This document shows positions 1 to 9,495 of a stretch of 64,000 nt of DNA, in pieces. The stretch is from Bacillota bacterium (lineage in GTDB: Bacteria; Bacillota; Sulfobacillia; SLMV01): the NCBI GenBank assembly GCA_046483165.1, contig JAWODQ010000096.1, positions 7,667 through 71,666 on the forward strand. The letters are read 5' to 3'. The notes under the pieces are model-generated. The model saw only the letters and a program-made list of their open reading frames with translations, did not search any database and was not told the DNA's origin. How positions within the stretch are numbered: position 1 is the first letter of the stretch; every line of letters begins with the position of its first letter. Made by a program: the position numbers and the translations under genes.

Positions 1-563
1 GAATTCGTGTGATCGGATGCCCATCTAACAAACAATGCCCTCCCCTAGCGACGCCGATCGTGGCGAATCGCTTGCAACCAACCGGCCACTATCGAGGTCA
101 GAAGGGATTGAGAACGGCAACCGGATCGGATGCGAATCCCCGCAAATGTGCCAAGTCTCATGCAATAGAGTACCATTTAGAGAAAATCTATCAAGAAGAG
201 AAGTCGTTCGCCCCCCTGTCGCGCCGTAATGGTTCTTACCGTCGCAGGTACGAGAACGTATCGGGCCCGCGAGCCGTGAAGGACCATATTGGGGCTTCAG
301 CTCCCGGAGTATTGGCCTGGTGGTAATTGCCTCCAACTTGAACCTTATCCGCAGCTATTGTAGCTTCTAAATGAACTGAGCCGATGAAATCGAAGATGAA
401 TTGTTACCTGGAGATTTGTAGTCACGAAAATCCACGGCGACACCCGATCTTCGTCCCTCTCTCATTGAAACCGGAGCTCGGGTCCCCAGATGAGCGGCCA
501 AAAATCGAGTGAAGCGAAGTCGTTTGACCGACCAGATTACCGCAATCAGGAGGGTCAATATTT

Positions 564-1655
564 ATGTGGAAAACCAAATTCAGGCACATGCCACTGATCA
601 TGATCACCATCTCACTTGCCGTAGTGATAGTTGCAGTTATGGGGTGTGCCCAGGCGTTGCAGGAAGACGAGGGAAAGGATCCAATAATCTTCAGCGACCG
701 ACAATGGGAATCAGTTTGGGCCGCGAATGAGATCGCTCAGTTCATCATCGAGGAGGGCTACGAACATCCGACGGAAACCGAGACCGTTTCCAGCGAGGCC
801 TTCCAGATCGGGATGGAAAAGGGAGATGTCGACGTCGATATGGAACTTTGGCGGATGAATCTTCCGGAATGGTACGATGAAGCGACGGAAGAAGGTTTCT
901 TGATCGATGTCGGACCGATATATGAACGATCAGTGCAGGCGTGGTACGTGCCGCGTTACGTCGTCGAGGGAGATGAAGAGCGCGGCATTGAGCCCATGGC
1001 TCCGGATCTCGAGACGGTTGAGGATCTCAAAGACTATGCCGACTTGTTCGAGGACCCCGATGACCCCGACCGCGGCCGGTTCATAAACGGCATTAGCGGG
1101 TGGGAGGTTACCGAGGTCAACTCCGTCAAGATGGAGATCTATGGTTTGGACGAGCACTACAACATCGTCGAACCCGGAAGTGCGAGCGCTCTGGATTCGG
1201 CCATCGCCAGCGCTTTCGAGGCGGGTGAACCCCTGTTCTTCTACTACTGGGAGCCCACATGGTTGCTCGGTAAATACGATGTGGTCCGTATAGAGGAGCC
1301 CGAGTACGATCCCGACGTACGAAAGCAGCTGGACCTGATCGTGGAAGGGGAACTCTCTGTCGATGAAGTCGACGAAGCCTGCGCGTTTATCGAAACCGAT
1401 ATCAGGACCGGCGTGCATTCCAGCCTGCAGGATAGGGCTCCGGGGGTTTTCGAATTCCTGGAAGAAATGGAGATCGGGACGGACCCCATCAATCAAGTCC
1501 TAGCCTACATGCAGGATGAGGAAGCGGATCCCGAAGAGGCCGCCATGTGGTACTTCGAAAACTTTGAGGAAGACTGGAGATCCTGGTTACCCACCGATGT
1601 AGAAGAAAACGTGGAGGATGCATTGAGCGAGGCCGGAGTTGAACTTTCGGGCTAA
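564..1655 (+). CDS. Glycine betaine/proline-type ABC transporter substrate-binding lipoprotein (OpuAC/ProX family)
   Basis: 363 aa. N-terminal signal peptide with lipobox-like VMGCAQ. The WEPTWLLGKYD region is typical of glycine-betaine binding proteins. SD AGGAGGG sits 8 nt upstream of the ATG. No ATPase or permease gene is adjacent. Confidence 0.75.
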   Translation: MWKTKFRHMPLIMITISLAVVIVAVMGCAQALQEDEGKDPIIFSDRQWESVWAANEIAQFIIEEGYEHPTETETVSSEAFQIGMEKGDVDVDMELWRMNLPEWYDEATEEGFLIDVGPIYERSVQAWYVPRYVVEGDEERGIEPMAPDLETVEDLKDYADLFEDPDDPDRGRFINGISGWEVTEVNSVKMEIYGLDEHYNIVEPGSASALDSAIASAFEAGEPLFFYYWEPTWLLGKYDVVRIEEPEYDPDVRKQLDLIVEGELSVDEVDEACAFIETDIRTGVHSSLQDRAPGVFEFLEEMEIGTDPINQVLAYMQDEEADPEEAAMWYFENFEEDWRSWLPTDVEENVEDALSEAGVELSG

Positions 1656-3334
1656 GAGTGATGTGGTAACTCCGCGATTCCCACAATGTCGATGCTGCGA
1701 GGTGCCGGGCGTATCCCCAGTCCGGCACCATTACGTCAAAGCGAATGATCATCCTCGATGATTCGTCTCCGAAGAGTCCAAAGTGATCAACCGAGAGCTG
1801 TTGAGCGCGTCGCGTAGTCATCGCCCGTGGGTATTGGGGGTTATTGAAAATGGAAGGAGGTGAGGGCGTTCGCAATTTGGCGATAGGTGAGGCTTGTGCG
1901 GGGGAGGCTCTTGGGTGACGAAAAACAAAGGAGGCCGGGTGAAACGTCCCGACCTCCAAAGGATTTTACCTACGGGATCGTCATCAGAGGAAAAAACTCT
2001 GACCTAAGAGGGGAGGTGCTTCACTCGCGGTTTGCGAAACGGTCACTGTATCCCAAAACTGGGTTGAAGTGGTCCTTACCAGTTCCATGTTTTCGGCACC
2101 GAGCACTTCCTGTTGCCCACAGCCCGTACTCGAGACGATGAACATTATTACGAGGTAACCGAGGAGGGCCACGAGAAACGCTAGGACTACTCTTTTTGAA
2201 TTGATACTAACCAGCCTCCTTCTGTTGCCGATTACACGGTAATGCCGGAATCGGCTCGTGTTTGGGTTTGCAGGTATCCGTCGCGCAGCGCTAGTAGTTT
2301 TCTATTCATGAAGCCTCGCTACCATAAAGGCCAGAGCGCAGTCAGCCGAGCCCTTCAAGGTGAGGATATCGACCGAATGAACATCGCAAATACGTAACCA
2401 CGATCAAACTCGCGATTGGACCAAAACGCCGTCACACTACGAAAATACCCGAAAGGATTGATCCTGGAGCGACTACGCACACGATTGCATCAATATCAAG
2501 CGTGCGCCGACACCATTAATTACACTCGGTCTCGATTCAAGCTCCGTACGCAAGCTAGCACCTGGTTTGTCCGGAGTCAAGACGAGAAAAGGTCGCCACG
2601 CGAGAAGCAGGGAGAATCAATGGTGAACGCCAAATTCTCGCGGAAGGTGCGAGAATTTTCCGTATCTTATATCATATTGATACAAACATATGCATGTTTA
2701 CCTATCCTTTGATAAGAAATCCAGAGTCTGGCTGGCTATCAACGACCGAAAGCACAAGCGCGATCCAGTGGCATCGCGTTCTTCGGGTTTTCGTTGGGGC
2801 GGAAGGTGCGAGCGAGCCCAAACTCATCGCACACTCGATACGGAAGTGAAGTCGTACTTCCACATAGGCACGTGATTAAATGCGTATATGCTTGTTTTCT
2901 GTAGTTGTCAGGATTCTATAGCCTGCCACACAACCTGTGCATCTATGATCCCTTGCACAATCCTGTGTGAGGGATTCAAGTATTGTTAGGGTCCAGGCTT
3001 TGAGTCCTCGACCGTGGTGATAACAATTGTTATACTCAATTGGGATTGTCGTCATGAGTCTTTCTAAATCTATTGCGATATGCGCCGACCGGGAGCGTTG
3101 GCCTTGTGCCATCATTGCGGAGTACGCGGCCGGGATCTATCTGTTCTGCATAGGGATGCGCTTATGTTGCTTTGCGAAGGAGGGATTTGGTAATAGCGCC
3201 TGGTCGTTCGTCGTCAAATGGGCGCGGTCTCTCAAACAATCTCCAATCTTTTTGGTTGTCGAGGTATTTGGCGCGGATGGGTACGTTCTCTGAGACTGAC
3301 CTTTGTTGATTCGTATCGATGGGAAGGTGAGATC

Positions 3335-4555
3335 ATGGATTTTAGCGATGCACCAAGATGGGCATGTGTTCTGGCATTGATTCTTGCGGTTGCTGTGGGT
3401 GTCGGAGTGGGCTATGCCGTTACTTCCTCTGCGGCGCAGGAGATGCCCGAGTCACCGGAGGGTATTACCGAAGCTCAGTTGCAAGAGATGCAGGGGGATT
3501 TGGAGCGAAACTTCAGTGAAGAGATTTCCGCCCTCGAGGGCCGCCTGGAGTCCCTCTCTACTGAATCTGGAGTGAGTGAAGTCCCCGACCAACCCTGGCC
3601 GTACGTGAAACTCGATGTGGAAGAGGCGCGTAAACGTGGACATCAGGGGTACTACGAGAAGAACTGTGGATACGGGCCCTTCTACGCTATCGTGTCAATG
3701 CTCCGAGAGGAGATCGGATATCCGTACGATCAGATTCCCATGGGCACACTCTCCATCGGTGGAGGCGGTCTGGTGGGTGAAGAGTCCGTGTGTGGTACCG
3801 TGCTCGGAACCGTGACGGCCATCAGCCTCATAGTTGGTGACGACTATGGTCCCCTCGCCCGAGAGGTCATCGACTACTACAAGGAGACGCCTTTGCCAAC
3901 CGACACGGCCAACGAATACGCGAAAAACCACGAGTTCTTGGTGGACGATTATCTTAGCGATGCAGTTTTGCCGCAGAGTATCGCCGGTAGCGTGGACTGT
4001 GATAAGTCTAAAGAAGTGTGGATCGACGAATCGGGTTACGAAATGGGAGACGATGAGCGTAAGGAGCGCTGCGCGAGGATGACCGGCGATATGGCCGCAA
4101 AAGCCGTCGAGGTTCTTAACGCCTGGTATGATGAGATGAATAGCGATGCCGAGGCGAACGTAACCGATATCTTTGCCGAAATCTTTCCCGAAGCCGACTT
4201 CGAACTACTGGAAAACGAAGTCTATGAGGCCGTCGAGGGTGGAGAAGCCGTCGGTTATGCCACCATCGGGGAATGCCAGGGACACGAAGACATCATTTCC
4301 GTGGCCGTAGGTGTCGATATCGATGGGACCATACGTGGCGTGAGAATCGTCGATCACGCCGAGACGGCGGGCATAGGGGATGTCATCGAGGACGGAGAAT
4401 TCCTCGATCAGTTTGAAGGGCTCTCCGAGACGGAAATTGCAACCACGGACGAAGGTGGCGCGATCGATGCCATCTCCGGCGCTACAGTGAGCACCGAAGC
4501 AGTTGTTGGGATAGTGGCCGATAGAGTAGAAGTCCTGCAGGATTACCTCGATTAG
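3335..4555 (+). CDS. Membrane-anchored C_GCAxxG_C_C domain protein with C-terminal FMN-binding (FMN_bind) domain
   Basis: Internal ATG at 3335 (MDFSDAPRW...) follows SD GGAAGGTGAG and is followed by one hydrophobic anchor helix. The central region (CGYGPFYAIVSML...GGGG...CGTV) resembles the C_GCAxxG_C_C family. The C-terminus (DAISGATVSTEAV) is an FMN_bind domain carrying the SGAT flavinylation-type motif. Confidence 0.7.
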   Translation: MDFSDAPRWACVLALILAVAVGVGVGYAVTSSAAQEMPESPEGITEAQLQEMQGDLERNFSEEISALEGRLESLSTESGVSEVPDQPWPYVKLDVEEARKRGHQGYYEKNCGYGPFYAIVSMLREEIGYPYDQIPMGTLSIGGGGLVGEESVCGTVLGTVTAISLIVGDDYGPLAREVIDYYKETPLPTDTANEYAKNHEFLVDDYLSDAVLPQSIAGSVDCDKSKEVWIDESGYEMGDDERKERCARMTGDMAAKAVEVLNAWYDEMNSDAEANVTDIFAEIFPEADFELLENEVYEAVEGGEAVGYATIGECQGHEDIISVAVGVDIDGTIRGVRIVDHAETAGIGDVIEDGEFLDQFEGLSETEIATTDEGGAIDAISGATVSTEAVVGIVADRVEVLQDYLD

Positions 4556-4589
4556 TATCGGGCGAAGCCGATAGGTAAGTCCGGGAACT

Positions 4590-4626
4590 AAAGTGTGGCG
4601 TCCCTCGTCGAGGGACGCCACACTTT
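4590..4626. terminator. Perfect 37-nt palindrome between convergent genes, likely a bidirectional intrinsic terminator
   Basis: aaagtgtggcgtccctcg-tcga-cgagggacgccacacttt lies between the stop of the 3335..4555 gene and the stop of the cupin gene, with A/T flanks. Confidence 0.55.
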
Positions 4627-4637
4627 CAATTATTCGA

Positions 4638-5021
4638 TCAACTGCGCTCGATTTCACCGAGCCAGTCCTGCGGGACCAGGCATATGAATCGCAAGACGCC
4701 CTCGCCGGTATTCCGAATCTGGTGCTTCTCTCCTCCCGGAACCAGCATGGTGTATCCGGCCCCTATGGGTTTTTCTCCCTCCTGGGTCGCGACCGTTCCC
4801 GCGCCTTCCAGGATGAATATTTCGTGTTCCCACCAGTGTTCGTGGTGAAAAGTGGCCCGGCCAGGTTTCACTTCAAAAACCCGTAGATTGAAATGGGGTG
4901 CGCCATCGTCCGGTCCCACAACCACGCGCATGGTTACCCCGTCGGCGACCTGTGTTTCTTCCACATCCGTGAAATGCCTTCTAATGATCATGTTGCCTCC
5001 CATCGCGTGTCGTTTCGACAT
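4638..5021 (-). CDS. Cupin domain protein
   Basis: The C-terminal ~115 aa carry cupin motifs (HxH...E...H-like FHHEHWWEHEIFILEG...GGEKHQIRNTG). I chose the start at the Met giving MSKRHAMGG; an alternative ATG at 4991 is possible. Confidence 0.65.
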   Translation of the reverse strand: MSKRHAMGGNMIIRRHFTDVEETQVADGVTMRVVVGPDDGAPHFNLRVFEVKPGRATFHHEHWWEHEIFILEGAGTVATQEGEKPIGAGYTMLVPGGEKHQIRNTGEGVLRFICLVPQDWLGEIERS

Positions 5022-5379
5022 ATCTAACCTGGCCAGAGTTTCTCGAAGGGAGAGTTTGAATCCTGCAGAGTAGTTTTCGCGGACTGTGGTCCTAAAGAAT
5101 GGGAGGGCCTGACGAATTGGCTGCGATTCATCGATGTCGGATACAATTTGAGTAGGATTCTCTTCTAGGGCTAGAAGAGAGATGATTGGCCGATTACATG
5201 GACGAATACTCCGGGAATATGCGGTATTCGTGACGAATGGCATAAAGGAGATGGCACATGTTTCGAGCTGGATGACCGAGATCTGGATGAATGTCCCATT
5301 GTGCCGGGTGACAGGATGTTTAATCAAAAATGGGTGCTACGCATTCAGTCAAATCGATCGCGGCCTTAAGTCAGAACAG

Positions 5380-5903
5380 TGTGCTCATAAGTACATTACT
5401 GCGGACTTTGGGGAGAAGAACCGCGAAGCGGAAATTCATATGGAGTGCGCGATCCAAGTGGCTCCGTCGATACGTAAGACGACTGGATTGTCGAGGTTGG
5501 GTTTGAACAAGCTGTCCGAGGTGGTGCACCTGCACCACTCCGGCAATGCAAAGATCCGCGAAGGCATCCTGTCGGAAAAGGAGGCGCTGACGCCAGAAGA
5601 ATAGGACACTATAAAGGCATATGCGAAAAAGGGATACCGTCCCATGCGATCGACGGGCTAATTGGTATAGGTGCCGGGGAGATATTGCCCCACCACGATA
5701 GGTGGGAGGGATCCGGATATCCCCGAGGAGTCCCAAGTAACGACATCCCGCTTCGCGCCAGGATAGTCGGCATCGCCGACGTTTATGAGGTTATGATCAA
5801 CGGAGGTCCGTTTCGGTGTCCCGTCCGCTCCGGCCCTGAAGGAATTGAGGGCGCACGCGGGGAAGCAATTGGACCCGGAGCTGGTAAGCGTAACCTTCGA
5901 ATG
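5380..5903 (+). pseudogene. Decayed HD-GYP phosphohydrolase gene (in-frame stop plus at least two frameshifts)
   Basis: The ORF 5182..5604 ends in an HD-domain-like stretch (LGL...VVHLHHSGNAKIREGILSEKEALTPEE) with HD replaced by HH, then hits a TAG stop. A different frame at 5685.. gives HHDRWEGSGYPRGV...IPLRARIVGIADVYEVM (HD-GYP signature). A further +1 frame at ~5826.. gives ALKELRAHAGKQLDPELVSVTFE, the conserved HD-GYP C-terminus. Confidence 0.5.
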
Positions 5904-6093
5904 ATTGAGCCGATCTGAGGGGAAATGAATTCGGCCGTGGAAGATTCGGAGCAGCGACTTGGATGGCCGGGCCTGGAGCACACGGGGCAAGCGGTGAATT
6001 CCCATAGGCATCGAGGGACGATGTAGGGGCAGGCATAGCCTCGAGTTCGCCACAGTCTATTGCAGCCCATTATCTGAGGGGACTGAGTACCTT

Positions 6094-6765
6094 ATGGAGG
6101 CGACACCGGAGATAACAAAATTGGCGGCGGCGCTGTTGATCGGTGGCCTCATCGGGATAGAGCGATCTTTCGGAGATCATCCCGCCGGCTTGAGGACTCA
6201 CATACTGGTTTGCACCGGCGCGACTTTGATCATGATAATATCCCTCGATGTTCCCACGCGTTTCTTCGGCCTCACGGAGAGTGATCCCGCAAGGATTGCC
6301 GCTCAGGTCGTAAGCGGGATCGGGTTCCTGGGGGCTGGCACCATTCTGCGAGAAGGAGCAACGGTACGCGGATTGACCACCGCGGCGAGTCTTTGGATCA
6401 CCGCGGCCTTGGGATTGGCCGTCGGAGCCGGTCTGTACTTGGAGGCCGGGGTTGGCCTCGCCCTGACTCTCATAACTCTTCATCTGCTTTACAAGCTCGA
6501 AGTCTATTTGGCCGTAAAACGGGCTAGAGGTCAACTCGTGATCGTGGCCGAGGAGGGTCCGGGTCTTCTCGGAGAGGTCGCAGGTATTTTGGGGAACTAC
6601 CGGATAAACATAACGGGAGTGGAGTTCGGCCCAAAAAGTGAAGCTCGGGTACGGATCAGATTCGACATTCAGGTTCCCTCGGGTACGGATACCAGCGACG
6701 TTATCGGAGACATCGTCGATATACCGCGCGTTAAGGAGGTGTCCATGGAAGATGAGCGACACTGA
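6094..6765 (+). CDS. MgtC/SapB family membrane protein with C-terminal ACT-like domain
   Basis: 223 aa. GIERSFGDHPAGLRTH...VSGIGFLGAGTIL matches the MgtC family. A soluble C-terminal domain follows. Confidence 0.8.
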   Translation: MEATPEITKLAAALLIGGLIGIERSFGDHPAGLRTHILVCTGATLIMIISLDVPTRFFGLTESDPARIAAQVVSGIGFLGAGTILREGATVRGLTTAASLWITAALGLAVGAGLYLEAGVGLALTLITLHLLYKLEVYLAVKRARGQLVIVAEEGPGLLGEVAGILGNYRINITGVEFGPKSEARVRIRFDIQVPSGTDTSDVIGDIVDIPRVKEVSMEDERH

Positions 6766-6777
6766 CCCATTAGTCTT

Positions 6778-7627
6778 TCAAATCTCGGCCCCCATGGTGG
6801 CTCGAATTGCATATCCGATGAAGAGGGTCAGGATGGCCACTCCGAGACTTATGGCCGTCATCTCCAGGAACCTGGCGCGAAAATCGTAGTCTTTGGCCAC
6901 CGATATGTAGTAGTCGAAGACCGCAATTATAAGTATCGCCGCCAGCACGGTTGTGGCCAGGGCCCGATAGTGATTGCCCATCGTCAGGTAGGGCAGAATG
7001 AGGATGATTGCGGTCACTATGTAGGTCATCCCCGTGTACGCGGCGGATTTCAAGGTCCTTTGCGCGTGATCTTCCGTCTTCTGCGACAAATACTCCGAAG
7101 CCGCCAGGGATAACGACGCGGCGACTCCCGTGATCAAGCCCGACAACGCGATCAATCCGGTATTTTTGCAGCGCGAAAATCAAGCCCGCCAGCACTCCAG
7201 TGAGCTCTACCAGAGCATCGTTTAAGCCTAGTACCGCCGATCCGGCGTATTCCAATCTCTCTTCTTCGAACATTTCTATTAGCCGGGCCTCGTGAAGATC
7301 CTCCTCCCCGGCAATTTGTGCCCCTCCGGCGACGTGGCCGTCGGCCTCAGGATAATTATCCTGGGCTCGTTCTTCACCGCGTTCCAGCAATTTGATTGCA
7401 AAGGTCAATCCCAGGAACCTCGCCATCCAGTAGAATTTGAGCACCATTACTCTGTCCGGTGCGACGTCGCGGCGTGTATTCTCGCGCCAGAAATCGTAAT
7501 GCCGACGTTCGTCCCGGGCGTTGCGCTCGAGGATTTCTCCGTTGTCTCCCGGATTTAGATCCGCCAGTCGGGAGTAGATCTCGTATTCAGTGATCTCGTT
7601 TTTCTGGAATTCGAGCACCTGATCCAC
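6778..7627 (-). pseudogene. Membrane-bound ferritin-like/VIT1 (MbfA-like) gene interrupted by a frameshift
   Basis: The N-terminal ferritin-like (erythrin) domain is in the 6770..7627 frame up to ...GLNDALVELTGVLAGLIFALQ. The VIT1 transmembrane domain (ITGVAASLSLAASEY...) continues in the 6778..7155 frame. Removing one A from the A5 run (complement of ttttt at 7163..7167) restores a continuous sensible protein. Confidence 0.55.
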
Positions 7628-7893
7628 GATTTCGGCTGCCAGCGCACTCGGATGTGTCGGTTCACTAAACTTCGTTTCCTCCTCGATAGCTGTCGAACAA
7701 TGCCTCTGGAAATCGCCACCACGAGGGAGTAAAGATCCCTTGTCTCAAGTGACATTGGCCCGTCTCGAACGGCTCCCGATCAGATTATGGCTCCCCGAAA
7801 AGAGCGTTACCACCCGGTAGGTGGGATGAGGTTCGGTATCGTGGAGGAACGAAAGCCGGTCGGTAGAATAGCTCCCCGAAGAGGTGATCGCAC

Positions 7894-8715
7894 ATGCAGA
7901 TGCGTGTCGGGATACAGGGATGTGGAACCATAGGATCCTATCTTTTGGAAAGCCTCTACTCCGGTGCCATAGAAGGAGCACATCCCGTGGTCGTTATGGG
8001 GAGAAATAACCGTTCTCGCGGGCGTGAGAGGGTAAGAGATCTCGGAATTCCCTGGGTGGCGGATGCGGAGGCACTGATAGATCATCGCCCCGACGTAGTC
8101 GTCGAGGCGGCATCGCACCAGGCGGTTCGCGAGAATGCGCTGCAAATCATCGAGGCCGGAATAGACTATATACCACTCAGCCTGGGAGCACTTGTAGATT
8201 CCGATCTCCTGCTGCGGCTGTCCGATGCGGCGGAGAAAAGTGATTCCCTATTCTACGTTCCTTCGGGAGGAATCGGTGGTCTCGATGCTCTGGCCCAGGC
8301 AATGTGCGGGAAGGTCCACTCGGTGACGATGACGTCGAGGAAGCCTCCCCGGGCCTGGAAGGGAATCGAATACGTGGACAGAATGGAAGTTAATCTGGAT
8401 TCCCTGGAGGAACCATTCATCCTTTACGAGGGACCGGCCAAAGACTGCGTGAGGGAATTTCCCCAGAATATAAACATTGCAGCCGCCCTGAGTCTGGCGG
8501 GCGTGGGCTTCGACGATACCAGGATCGAAATAGTCGCCGACCCCACCGTGACGGTAAATAAACATGAAATTGTCTGTGAGGCGGAATCCGGGAGATTCAG
8601 TATCGTAATGGAAAACGCCCCGGTTCCCGAAAACCCCAAGACGACATATATGGCGTGCCTGAGCGCCGTGGCAGCGGTGCGTCGCCTCCGCGGCAATGTT
8701 CGCATCGGTACCTGA
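7894..8715 (+). CDS. Aspartate dehydrogenase domain-containing protein (NadX-like NAD(P)-dependent oxidoreductase)
   Basis: 273 aa. N-terminal Rossmann GCGTIGS motif and an Asp-DH-like C-terminal domain. SD GAGGTG upstream. Confidence 0.65.
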   Translation: MQMRVGIQGCGTIGSYLLESLYSGAIEGAHPVVVMGRNNRSRGRERVRDLGIPWVADAEALIDHRPDVVVEAASHQAVRENALQIIEAGIDYIPLSLGALVDSDLLLRLSDAAEKSDSLFYVPSGGIGGLDALAQAMCGKVHSVTMTSRKPPRAWKGIEYVDRMEVNLDSLEEPFILYEGPAKDCVREFPQNINIAAALSLAGVGFDDTRIEIVADPTVTVNKHEIVCEAESGRFSIVMENAPVPENPKTTYMACLSAVAAVRRLRGNVRIGT

Positions 8716-8898
8716 ACGCGTGGAGAAGTGCGATTCTCCGATGACCAACTTCCCGCCGTATCGTCAGTGTGCAAAGTGCGAGGATAAGCCGTACGAGTGT
8801 GGCAAATGCCAGCGGGTGAAACCGGTTGCGAACGATACGATGACTACTCCGGATTATTGGCAGAAGACGGCATCTCCTGGATTGTGAATGGTCCGAAT

Positions 8899-9354
8899 CT
8901 AGGGGATGTCCTCAACCTCTTCGAGCCATCCATGTCGACGCAGTACGGAAAGGGCCAAACGTTCCGCCGTCGTCACGAATTCCGCACACTTCATCTTGCG
9001 TTCCGGGCTGGAGAAATAGGTTTTGCGTTCGTCTGCTTCGCAGAACATGTCTTCGACGGGAATGAGACGGTTACAATCTCTGGCCCCGTGTTCTCCCTCG
9101 AAAAGCGCGAGGAGTTCTCCGACCATACGTTTGAAGTCACCTCCGCGCCTGGTATCGTAGGATCTCAGCTGTGCCCGGGCCCCCATGCCCATGACGGCGC
9201 CGGTGAGGGCTCCACATACGTCGCCACTTCCACCGATTCCACCACCAAAGCCAGCAGCGAGACTATTGCAGGCGTCAATTTCGCCGATTACTCCGGCGAG
9301 TACAGATTCGGCACAGTTATACTCGCCGGACAAGAAGACGTCTCGGGCGTTCAT
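8899..9354 (-). CDS. C_GCAxxG_C_C family protein (putative redox-active, unknown function)
   Basis: 151 aa: YNCAESVLAGV...CNSLAAGFGGGIGGSGDVCGALTGAVMG matches the family signature. Paralogous to the N-terminal domain of the 3335..4555 gene. Confidence 0.75.
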   Translation of the reverse strand: MNARDVFLSGEYNCAESVLAGVIGEIDACNSLAAGFGGGIGGSGDVCGALTGAVMGMGARAQLRSYDTRRGGDFKRMVGELLALFEGEHGARDCNRLIPVEDMFCEADERKTYFSSPERKMKCAEFVTTAERLALSVLRRHGWLEEVEDIP

Positions 9355-9495
9355 AGGCTCTCCCTACTCTCAAATTGATCGGTAATGAACACACAGATTC
9401 GCCACGCGGTCATTACATTTCCTGCCCGTGGCCGCCACTTCACCCGGAGGTCCGCCGGATCCATATGATTTGGCAGACATTAGATATCCCCTGGG

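Noticed and set aside
1-6. GAATTC (EcoRI site) exactly at the window start
   Set aside because: Probably a coincidence or a clone boundary. It carries no biological signal I can support.
100-150. tRNA-like T-arm-looking sequence (ggatgcgaatcc) near the left edge
   Set aside because: It is only a short GNRA-type hairpin. No acceptor, D or anticodon arms can be built, and it lacks the GTTCGAATC T-loop.
1489-1959. 156-aa minus-strand ORF overlapping the end of the binding-protein gene, and other 60-100 aa ORFs in 1.9-3.1 kb
   Set aside because: Low-complexity, no start-site signals, no recognisable motifs.
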